A stretch of 64,000 nt of DNA from Salisapilia sapeloensis CBS 127946 (Eukaryota; Protista; Oomycota). The notes below the pieces were generated by a model. The model saw only the letters and a list, made by a program, of their open reading frames with translations, was not told the origin of the DNA and made no database searches. Both the position numbers and the translations under genes were made by a program. Below, in pieces: positions 45,778 to 55,681 of the stretch. The first letter of the stretch is position 1; each line of letters begins with the position of its first letter. The DNA is taken from positions 1-64,000 of the forward strand of contig JAADVB010000081.1 of the NCBI GenBank assembly GCA_023334545.1, given 5' to 3'.

Positions 45778-47097
45778 ATGATGCATCTCCTTATCCTCTT
45801 CTTTCTCCTCTTCCAGGCCTCGTATGGCCATCTAAGTGAAGACAAACGCAATGTACTAAAGTCACACATGTCTACCAAGACAGTGTACCCACCTCCACCG
45901 ACATTTGATGACCAGCTCAAGCAAGAGAGCGAGGTCGAAACGACCGACGAATGCGTTCCGATCCAGCTCAATTATGTCATTCGACACGGCACGAGACACC
46001 CGACAATCAAGGATATTCGTAAGATCAATGCCACGCATGCAAAGCTGAACACTAGCAGTCGAGCAGACTCGTGGATCTCGTCCTGGACGTCCAGATATAG
46101 AGACGAAGAGGAGGCGTGGCTCGCACCTGCTGGCGTCACGGAGCTCGTGGGACTCGGACAGCGTCTACGTGCTCGATTCGGAGCATCCATGGGCATTCAA
46201 TTCCACGCCGACAAGTTCGTAGTGGAGCACACATGGAAGGAGCGGACGCAGCAGAGTGCTTCGGCCTTTGCTCACGGCTTCTTTCACGGTCCGCAGCCAG
46301 TGTTCATGTCCGCGGCGCCGGCCGGACAAGATGAGATCCTTCGGTTCTATGATAACTGCCTAGCTTTTGAAGTGCAAGTAGAAAAGAATAAGTCAGCTCT
46401 AGTAGAACATACAAAGTATAGGGATAGTCATGCCATGCGTCGGAACTTGCGCAAGTTCCGACAAGCAGCAAACGACCCGACGTTGTTGCAAAAGGACATG
46501 GAGGCTGCTTACAGTGCCTGTGCCTTTGATGTCGCAACGCACGGCATTCTCGATGAATGGTGCTCGCTCTTTGACGTCGAATCGCTCCTGTCCTTGGACT
46601 ATCTAAACGACCTCAAGCACTTCTATCGCAAAGGCCATGGCAACGCCATCGCCTATGAGATCGCTTCTCCTCTTCTGCAGCACGTCGCGCAGACGATGGA
46701 GAGCAGAGTGCGTGGCGACACGAGTGTCGAAGGCCACTTTCGCTTCGCACACGCTGAAACGATCCTCCCTCTTGCTTCGCTTCTTAATTTGTCCAGTTTG
46801 GACATCCACCAAAGTCGTTTAGATGGACACTTCCGTGCCGATACGCCTCTCGAAGTCGCTCTCAAGCGCAAGTTCAAAGGATCGGAGCTAGCTCCTTTCT
46901 CGGCCAACATTGGCTTCGTCCTATATGACTGTCACGACGGCTTTAAAGTCCAGACGCTGCTGCATGAACGTCAAGTGACGTTTGATGCATGTGGTAACGA
47001 GCCTCTGTGCCCATTTGAAGAGTTCAAAGACATGTTCCGGACTTGGCTATTCGAGTACGACTTCCAGACGCAATGCCAAGTACCATTTGAAAAATAA
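45778..47097 (+). CDS. MINPP1: Multiple inositol-polyphosphate phosphatase (histidine acid phosphatase/phytase) with signal peptide
   Basis: RHGTRHP and FAHAET motifs, PFSANI; hydrophobic N-terminus MMHLLILFFLLFQASYG. Confidence 0.9.
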   Translation: MMHLLILFFLLFQASYGHLSEDKRNVLKSHMSTKTVYPPPPTFDDQLKQESEVETTDECVPIQLNYVIRHGTRHPTIKDIRKINATHAKLNTSSRADSWISSWTSRYRDEEEAWLAPAGVTELVGLGQRLRARFGASMGIQFHADKFVVEHTWKERTQQSASAFAHGFFHGPQPVFMSAAPAGQDEILRFYDNCLAFEVQVEKNKSALVEHTKYRDSHAMRRNLRKFRQAANDPTLLQKDMEAAYSACAFDVATHGILDEWCSLFDVESLLSLDYLNDLKHFYRKGHGNAIAYEIASPLLQHVAQTMESRVRGDTSVEGHFRFAHAETILPLASLLNLSSLDIHQSRLDGHFRADTPLEVALKRKFKGSELAPFSANIGFVLYDCHDGFKVQTLLHERQVTFDACGNEPLCPFEEFKDMFRTWLFEYDFQTQCQVPFEK

Positions 47098-47113
47098 GAA
47101 AGCAATCTATTCC

Positions 47114-48387
47114 TTAATCCAATTCATCTACATTCGTCTCCATCTCTTTCGCTCTTGATGCCATGTGAACAGGTGCTGGAGGAGGTAGTAAAGGTGCCTC
47201 TGTCTCTACAGAAGACAGAAGAGGAGTGACGTTCAAGAGGCGCGTGGCAGGTGGAAGAACCTTGTCATGATCCATGGTAACCTCCGACGCACTCTCCACG
47301 ACCTTGTAGTTACTCTGTACAAAGGTCTCGGTGGAGCTGCCGATGCCAGCTCCGACACTTGCACACTGCTCCAAGAGCTTCATCCGATCGGGAGTCACGT
47401 CGACGGGAGCTCTCGTTTCCTCCTGATTATCATTCACGACATTCTCCCATCGCTTCTGTCTCTGTTGTCTCAAGTCCTCGCTCTCTTGCGTCGGACGAAT
47501 CGTTTCGCCAGAGTACACGTTCGTACGTGCCTCTTGTTCATCTCTCCTCTTCTTCTTCGCGTCCTGAATCATCTGCTCAAAGAAGAGGAAGTTCTGTTCA
47601 TCCCGATCCTTCTTCTCCTGCCGAATTCGATCCATCTCGACTCTCTCAGCTTCCTGAGCTGCCTTATAGTCTCCATCAGAAGCATCCAACGCTCGTCCCC
47701 ATGCATCCACTCGACGTCGCTCGTCCTCAAAGACCGGACGATCGTCCAAGTACCGTAGTTTCCGACAACGATAGATGATCGTCTTGCGATACTGCTTAAT
47801 GTGCTTCACGACGTCATTTCCGTGGAGATACAGGACCTTTAGCTCCGGCATGTTGGACAAGATATCTACGATCGCCGGATCATCGAGTTGGTTCCCTTGG
47901 ACATCTAGGACACTCAGCTTTGGCAGAAACTCGACGGCAGCGATATCGGACGCTGAGTGGAGATAATTCCCCTTTAACGCTAATGTCTAGTAGGAGATCG
48001 TATAAGTACATCTACCTAGATCTACGCATGTCGATGGAAACGTACAGTCAATTGATGTAGATGGCTCACATTTTCTATACAAGAGATCTGGTTCTGACTA
48101 AGGTTCAGTGAATCCAACTCGAGTAATGTATCAAGACCTTCTATCTTTCGGATCAAATTTTCATGCAGATAGAGAGATCGGAGATGTGTCTGATGCTCAA
48201 GACCTTCGATACGAGGCAGACCATTGCCTTCGAGCCACAAGACTTTCAGGTTCACGTACTCTTCCAGATTTTGAATACGTCGGAAACCCTTGTAGTGGAG
48301 GTACAGCTTGTCATTCACCGATGGCGTCGTGTACAAGTCATGCTCTCGACAGAGCTTGCGCAAGTACGGCTTCTCCATGTCGACCAT
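47114..48387 (-). CDS. DNAAF1: Dynein axonemal assembly factor 1 (LRRC50/ODA7), 2 exons
   Basis: [25 protein letters not shown] LRRs; [16 protein letters not shown]; intron near 47989-48045. Confidence 0.93.
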
Positions 48388-48511
48388 AGCTGCTGGAGAT
48401 CGAGTGTGACCTTTCAAGATCGAAAGATCGCATCTGCCGTTTCGATATCAAAGAGTAGAGGTACGAGTACTACTGGCACTGGCCATGGAATATCTCCTTT
48501 ATTCAAGGTTC

Positions 48512-49588
48512 TTATAGCTGGTTAGTCGAGTTCAAGTTCTTGAACGCAACCTTGACGCGCTCCATCATCGACTCCTCAGCCTTGCGGACCCACACGCGCG
48601 GGTCGTAGTACTTCTTGTTCGGCTTGTCGGCGCCCTCCGGGTTACCGATCTGGTCCTGCAAGTAGTCCTTCTTCTCGTCATAGAACTGACGGACACCGTT
48701 CCAGTACGCCCACTGCGTGTCCGTGTCAATGTTCATCTTGACGACACCGTTCTTGACAGCGTCAAAGATCTCCTCTTCCGTCGAGCCAGAGCCGCCGTGG
48801 AAAACGAACATGACCGGCTGCTTCTTCGACGGAGCAACCTTCTCGGACACGTACTTCTGGAACTTATCCAAGAGCTCCGGGTGGAGACGGACGTTGCCAG
48901 GCTTGTAGACACCGTGGACATTGCCAAAGGCAGCGGCAATCGTAAAGTACGGGGAGACTTCGCTAAGCTCGTTGTAGCAGTAGAGAATGTCCTCCGGCTG
49001 CGAGTACAGCGAGTTGTTGTCGACACCAGTGTTGTCGACACCGTCTTCTTCGCCACCCGTGATGCCGAGCTCGACTTCCAAGATCTGGTTCATCTTGGCC
49101 ATGCGCTTGAAGTACTCCTTGCTCGTCTTGACGTTCTCCTCCATGGGTTCCTCAGACAGGTCAAGCATGTGGGAGCTGAAGAGCGGGACGCCGTGCTGGG
49201 CAAAGTACTCTTCATCGGCCTGGAGCATGCCGTCAAACCACGGAAGCAGCTTCTTGGCGCAGTGGTCCGAGTGCAAGACGACCGGCACCTTGTAGTGCTT
49301 GGCCATGGCGCGGATGTGGTAGGCGCCGGCAACGGATCCGAGGACCGAAGCCTCCTGGTTCTTGTTGTCAATGCCCTTGCCGGCAAAGAAGGCGCCGCCG
49401 CCGTTCGAGATCTGCAAGATCACGGGCGAGTTGGCGTCGCGGGCGGCCTGGAGCACGGCGTTGGCCGTGGACGAGGACGTGACGTTGACGGCCGGGATGG
49501 CAAAGTCGTGGTCTTGCGCATAGTGGTAGAGCTTGACGACGTCCTCTCCGTTGAGGACACCGACGGGTACAATATCCAAGACTCCCAT
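48512..49588 (-). CDS. FBA: Fructose-bisphosphate aldolase class II (IIA)
   Basis: HSDHC, SSHMLDLSEE, GNVHGVY, FHGGSG, KMNIDTD, KKYYDPR. Confidence 0.97.
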   Translation of the reverse strand: MGVLDIVPVGVLNGEDVVKLYHYAQDHDFAIPAVNVTSSSTANAVLQAARDANSPVILQISNGGGAFFAGKGIDNKNQEASVLGSVAGAYHIRAMAKHYKVPVVLHSDHCAKKLLPWFDGMLQADEEYFAQHGVPLFSSHMLDLSEEPMEENVKTSKEYFKRMAKMNQILEVELGITGGEEDGVDNTGVDNNSLYSQPEDILYCYNELSEVSPYFTIAAAFGNVHGVYKPGNVRLHPELLDKFQKYVSEKVAPSKKQPVMFVFHGGSGSTEEEIFDAVKNGVVKMNIDTDTQWAYWNGVRQFYDEKKDYLQDQIGNPEGADKPNKKYYDPRVWVRKAEESMMERVKVAFKNLNSTNQL

Positions 49589-50221
49589 TCTTACGTTTGT
49601 GTTTCTGTGGCTTGTGTGCGAGGCGGCAAGATCCAAAATGAGCTTTTCGAACCTTTTGCGGTGATCTCATGTCGAAGTGTCTATGTCCACAGCAGCATTT
49701 ACTAATTTTCTATATCAAAATTCTAGTCAACTTAAAATTTCAAGAATTCATTTATCATATCATAGCTCTTTCTAAAAAGAAATATTTATCTCCAAAAATA
49801 AGAAGGAAACGTTGCTGTTGAAGTGGAGGCAAGAGCTCCATGTGCTTCTACCAACGCTTTCCCTTCTAAGAGTGCATGTTCGCATCATCGACCTTGTCCC
49901 TCAAGCGTTGTCCTTGCTTTAGTAATAGATATACCAGATGCATCTTGTTTGCATCATGAAGCGTCTTATATGACGCTGCAGTGTCTATGCCACCTTCTCT
50001 CCGCATCGAATTAAAGACAAGTACATGCATGCCCCTGTTTTTCCCACACGCCTTCCCTCCTTTTGCTCTGCACACCGTCAATCGCCATACAAAATGTAAC
50101 TACCTCTCGTCCTCGTCGTCTACACCTCTACACAGTCAGTGTCTTCACTTGATTTTTGTATGTGAATTCGAACTACGTTCATTTTCCATCGAGAACCGAG
50201 AAACAAAGGTCGAGTACTAGT

Positions 50222-51653
50222 ATGCCGATTAATTCACCCTACCACTCCTCTATGGAGAAGGAGATCATTAAAGCGACGAAAATCGTCGACTCCTTCTTCG
50301 GTTCTACCGTCAGCGCAGACGGTGCCATCCCGACGGAACTTTTACGCAAATGCAGCGGCGTCGCATTCCTCACGGTCATCAAAGGAGGTTTCGTTTGGAC
50401 GGGCAAAATCGGCACTGGCGTCGTCATCTCGAAACTCCCGGATGGGTCCTGGTCGCCACCCTCTGGTATCGGCACCGCCGGCGTCGGCTTTGGTGCTGAA
50501 ATCGGTGGGGAGCTCGTCGACTTCCTCATCATCCTCGGCTCCCCCTCGGCCGTACGCACCTTTAAGAAAGGAACGCAGGTAAGCGTCGGTGCAGGACTAG
50601 ACATCACCATGGGCCCTGTCGGTCGTACTGCTGCAGCCAGCGTCAATGCCAGTGGCGGCGGCTTTAGTGCCAACTACTCGTACAGTCACTCGAAAGGAGC
50701 GTACGCTGGCATCGGTCTGCACGGCTCTACGATCATGATCCGAGGCGACATGAACCACAGATTCTACGGCTCGGAAGTGTCGCCGATGCAGATCCTTTCA
50801 GGCGACGTCCAGCCTCCTGCCGGCTCGTGTGATATGCTCTACGAAGCCATTAACAGAGCTCTTAGCCACGAACAGAACATGCATCAGCCTGCCCTCGAAG
50901 GTCCCTCTTACGCAAGCCAGACGTACGGCAGCTACCACTCTCGTGAAGAACGTGCGAGCGTCCTCCAGAGCGCCAGTCGCTCCTCAATGAACGCCAGCGT
51001 TCCGTACGACCACCAGCGTTCTTCCTCATCCTCATCATCGTCCATCCCTCCACCCACCACCGTCGAAGCCGACCCAAATGACCCGAGACTCCGTCGCTTT
51101 AGCAATTACAAGAGTGAAAAGGAACTTTACGAACAGTTCGCACAGCAAAAGAATGGCGGGAGTAAGCAAGAGTACAAGCACACGAATCCGAATGCGCCGG
51201 CAGTCCAGTACGAAGCTCGTCCGGCACCGGATGCCTCTCGTCCACCACGCCCATCGACCTCGTCTTCCTCCAGCTTTTCTGCACCAAAGCAAGAGGCACC
51301 TCCCGTACCTTCTCAGGCAACTGGATCCGAGATGAAGCAAGTGTACATGCAAGTGATCAAGTTCATCAAGACGCAATGTCCACATGCCGATGTGCAAAAG
51401 TTCAAGGACAATTGTCGTCTCTTTGGACAGGACCAAATGTCTTTGGACGCCTACTTTACCTATTTGAATTCGATATGCTCTCAGCAGCATCTCAAGGAGC
51501 TTTGTCCGCAACTTGTCCGACTACTTCCGACCGCCGACAAGCGAGAACGCCTATGGGTACGTTGTATTCAATTTCCTAGTCATTTCCTCCTGATCCTCAT
51601 GTACGTAAAAATAGCAAAAATACGTCTCGGATGTCCTGCTCCTTCGAGTATAA
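50222..51653 (+). CDS. Ysc84/SH3YL1-type (DUF500) domain protein with C-terminal PAH-like helical domain
   Basis: GTGVVISKLPDGSWSPPSGI, YSYSHSKGAYAGIGLHGS; intron 51557-51614 then QKYVSDVLLLRV-stop. Confidence 0.88.
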
Positions 51654-51727
51654 AGAAAAGAAAAAACATGCTTATCTTTTTTGAAACTTTTATCTTTATT
51701 TTTATTTCTTGTTGCGAAGAGACGTTG

Positions 51728-52180
51728 ATGGATCTACAGCTTACGCAGGAAGAGATTGATGCATGTCGAGAGTCGTTCGTACACTTTGACAAGGATGGGA
51801 GTGGGACGATTGACAAGTATGAATTAGCACGAGTCTTGGAAGCTTTAGGACAAAACCCGACGGATGAAGAACTCTTTCAGATGATCGCCGAGGTCGATAG
51901 CGACCACAGTGGCGAAATCGAGTTTACAGAGTTCCTGCAGGTCATACAGGGACAGAAAGCACGCGCGGCGCAGTTCGATGATGAAACCGACTTTGTCGAC
52001 GCGTTCGTGGCATGTGGCGGTAAGGCTGACAAATCAGGACATGTTGAGCGAAGGTTGCTTGTACAGCTCATCAAGAAGGACTTCGGCCTGCCCATCGACC
52101 TCGACCGAATGCTCGACGCGCTCGACACGGACGGCAGCGGCGAGATCGAGTACGACGAGTTCAAAGCGCTATTGTCCTAG
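51728..52180 (+). CDS. Calmodulin-like outer-arm dynein light chain LC4 (18 kDa)
   Basis: EF hands DKDGSGTID, DSDHSGEIE, DTDGSGEIE; FDDETDFVDAFVACGG..KDFGL closely follows Chlamydomonas LC4 as recalled. Confidence 0.88.
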   Translation: MDLQLTQEEIDACRESFVHFDKDGSGTIDKYELARVLEALGQNPTDEELFQMIAEVDSDHSGEIEFTEFLQVIQGQKARAAQFDDETDFVDAFVACGGKADKSGHVERRLLVQLIKKDFGLPIDLDRMLDALDTDGSGEIEYDEFKALLS

Positions 52181-53091
52181 CTTGCTCTGGAACTGCCGCC
52201 GGGATTTTTTAGCACTAGGTTTGTACCCACATGCCTCGCACTCGGACGCGTCGTTCAGAAGCGTGCAGCGAGGACACTCCCAACTACTTTCTTCCGTTGT
52301 TTCCTGCTCTTCCATCTTGCGTTTCTTGTCATTGCTATCTGGTACTACACTACTAGCCTGTTCTACGCTATGTCCATCCTTTCGCTGCTGAATCTCGGCC
52401 TTGAGACGAGCGAACGTCGCGTTCATGGCCGAGGAAGACTGCGTTTTCGCGACGGTGGAGCGGAACCGCTCCTGTTGCCGCCGCTGATGGTTCCGGACCA
52501 CCTCCTGCTTGAGCTTTGCTACACTCTTGGGTGCACTCGAGTCTGCCTGTGCGTTCCACAACAGCACAAACTAGATGCACATTCAGATAGATATCTACTT
52601 GGAGCTCTATTACGACGTACCTCTTTGTGTATTTGGATAATCTCATCACGCTTGGTCGTACTGACTCGTATACCTGTATCCTCGAGCAATTTACGTACCT
52701 CCTTGTCCTTCATGACGCTGTAATTGACCAGCGGCATGCGTTCCAGTGGTGCCTGTCCACCGTCCTCACTTGCCTCTTCACTCGATCCATCGAGCGGATG
52801 GCGTTCAAGTACAGGAAGTAGTCTCGGCTTAAGCTTCCGAAACGATGCAGCAAGTCGCTCGACGGTTCGATTCGCCACGAGCTCTGCTGGCGTGCACGGC
52901 TGCTTGCATTCGGGGCAGCAGCCATTGGAGCCTCGAGACTGCAAGAAGCGTCGAACACATTCAGAGCAAAAGACGTGGCTGCAAGGCAATAAAACAGGTC
53001 CGTGATAGAACTCGCCGCAGATCAAGCACCGGAGAGCTGCCTCCATGTGCTGGAGCTCCGGCTCGGTCCATTCGGCCTCCTCCATTTGCAT
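52169..53091 (-). CDS. RAD18: RAD18-like RING E3 ligase (RING, SAP, C-terminal RanBP2/NZF-type finger), 2 exons
   Basis: CLIC..CSHVFCSEC..CPEC; SAP-like NYSVMKDKEVRKLL..IHKE/FVLLWNAQAD across intron 52571-52620; WECPRCTLLN..CEAC. Confidence 0.85.
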
Positions 53092-53157
53092 CTGTACTTT
53101 CCCGCCAGTTTTCTATGGATTAAAATATGCGATGTTTGACAACGACGACACGAATTG

Positions 53158-54304
53158 ATGGACACAAACAACGAAATGAGCCATAAGACCTACCTCGGAG
53201 CTTTTACGGACAAAGTGAAGGCGTATATACATGAACTAGAAGACTTTCGACAACATAATCGACTCCAGACTTTCCAGCCAAAGTTTTGGCTTCAAAATGA
53301 AGATTTTAACGTCGCGAGAGACGTTTTCATTGCGGTAGGATATGAAGTAGAGTTTGTATAGGCTGGTAAATTGATAGAATGACTGTATTAGGCTAGTGGA
53401 AGCATCGGACATGAAGTGACCAAGTTCTCGCTTGTGTATAGCAAGACACCGTCCGAGGCAGAAGCCGAAAGTATCTGTCGAGCCATGGATGAGCCGTGTG
53501 AGCAGCTCGTATCTGCCGCCAAAGTCGCTCTCTTCTGCGGTGCTGGTCCGTCACTTGCCAAGGAGATCCTCAACGATGCACTGTACTATTCTACACTGGT
53601 CTTGTATGCCTACAGCCTACTTATCAAGAAAATGAACTAGACGATTGCTTACATGCGTGAGGGACTTGGGCCTTGGCGTGCTAGATGGACGACTAAAGGA
53701 TGTCCCACAACTCACAGGTCGCGTGTGGGAACACTCCAAGGCACAGGTTTCTAAATCCAACTGCATCGCGTCCAAGAAGAGCATGCTCCAGTGCATTAGT
53801 ATGCTCAATTCGACCATCCAAGAGCTACAGGAAGCTGTCCAAGAGGCTTCTAACGAGACAGAAAAGGATGTAGAGGACGAGGATGACTTTGATTTCGATG
53901 TCGACATGTCCGAAGAGGAGACGAAGCTACTGGAAAGTGCCATTAAGCTACTCTCCATGTGTGCAGCCGTGCTCAAACGAGGCGTTTTGACCTTAAAAAA
54001 CGCTCAGAACGTCGAAGACAATAACACTTTCCTCAAGTGGACAGCCGAATTGGAACTCGCCTACGGAGAGATGCAGGACCCGATCGTCGACATGGGCGCA
54101 GCCTGCACGCCGCCTCCATCCACAGACGAATTGGCCGCACCGATCACAAGCATCGAGGCTGCGACCATCAAAATCCTCGATGCACTCGCACAGCACCCAC
54201 AGCGTGAGCTTAAGGATGAAGAGCAGTTGGCAACAGGCCGCACGGCCCTTGAGCGTCAAGTACAGGTCGTTCGAGACCATCTCGCTGCCGTGGAACAGGA
54301 ATAA
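53158..54304 (+). CDS. Grap2 and cyclin-D-interacting (GCIP/CCNDBP1) family protein, 3 exons
   Basis: HEVTKFSLVY..GAGPSLAKEI, acidic linker, DMGAACTPP helical bundle; two short introns. Confidence 0.7.
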
Positions 54305-54431
54305 AATGCATACAACCCTTCAGGATCTATATGTATGACGTCGTTTTTCTGGAACAATACAAAAACCAAGTGTAATATCGAATAAAAGTACTCAAAAGGT
54401 GATCTCGGGGCTGTCTTGGGCCAGTGACGGC

Positions 54432-55518
54432 ATGGAGACGAGAGGGAAGAAGCGTAAGCGTGTGGGCTTCCACGGTGCCGAAGTCATCGAGTATGATGCT
54501 GAACGGCCAGCTGTGGTGCACTTGGGTGGAGCTAAAAAAGCGTGGGCTCTAAAGAACGATACGCTCGAGAATAAGGCGAGAGGACTGGATGAGACGGCGG
54601 AGGACAAACTCGAGCAAGCGTACGTGGACGAATTGACCGAATGGCTGTCGAATCGAGGGCTCACGGCACTTCCACTTGCGTCGGATGAAAGTAAAGTGCC
54701 TTATCTTCGACGACAGACGCACTTAGCCGATCTCCTCTTCACATCTGCAGAGCTCTTGGCAGCATTTTCCGACGCTGAGGAGCATCAGGAGAACAGATTG
54801 GAGGCTAAGAAACTAGTACAAGACAGTATAGATGCATGGGTAGCTAGAGATGAATACGTAGACAAGTTACATCAATTGCATCTACTTAAAAAGCAGGTCG
54901 ATGGGCAGGAAGATGAGAGCTATGCGTTCGGAAGGCGCTTCATCTCCATCGAAGCGTACTTGGAGTCAATGGAGGAAGATGAACTCGTCGCTCTGGCGAC
55001 AGATAAAGGTGTCCATATACCTGGGCTAGAAGGAAAGCAGAGGACGCAGTTCCGAGTCCCAGACAGTGAACTCGTCGGGACTCTTGGCATGGCTGTAGGC
55101 AAGCCGCTAAAGAAGTTGACACTACGGGAGCTAGTTCTTGAAGCACAGGCTCGAGGCCTGAATGTCTTCCGAGCGAACGACAAAACGTCTAAGAAGAAAA
55201 AGATCTGGGTTGATGCCCTCAAGGTAGTACGCGTCTACCATACTTATTGGAACATGATTAATGGAATTGTAGCCTGTAATGCGAGAGGAGATACGGGACT
55301 TTAAGATACGAGAGGCGAGGGAGACGGTGCTACGTATGGTCCTAACACCAGTCCTGGAAGAGCAGATGAAGCATCAACAAGTGAAAAACGTCGTGGCACT
55401 CGTAGACGAGACATTACGTCGGGAAGACGCAATGGCAGATAAAGTGGAAAGCAGTTTGGAAGATGAACTCCAGTCAAGATTCACACAGCTCTTCCACCTC
55501 GAAAGACGAGCGACCTAG
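54432..55518 (+). CDS. Hypothetical nuclear protein with SAP/HEH-like motifs, 2 exons
   Basis: KKRKR NLS; ELTEWLSNRGL and LTLRELVLEAQARGL motifs; intron joins to the 55279-55518 ORF. Confidence 0.65.
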
Positions 55519-55681
55519 ACACTTTTCTTTTCTTTCTAGTAAACACGAGTCGTAGCACATGTACTTGTTCCTCCTTCGTTCCGTTTCAGAAAGGCTTTGG
55601 CCTTTCCTCTTGATCGAATCTATTTTCAGACGACAGCTCGACTCGTCTTGCTCTTCTCGCCGATCGAAGTTTCCAACGTGC

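Noticed and set aside
48797-49705. 302-aa antisense ORF over FBA (and similar ones over NDK)
   Set aside because: Same codon-bias shadow effect
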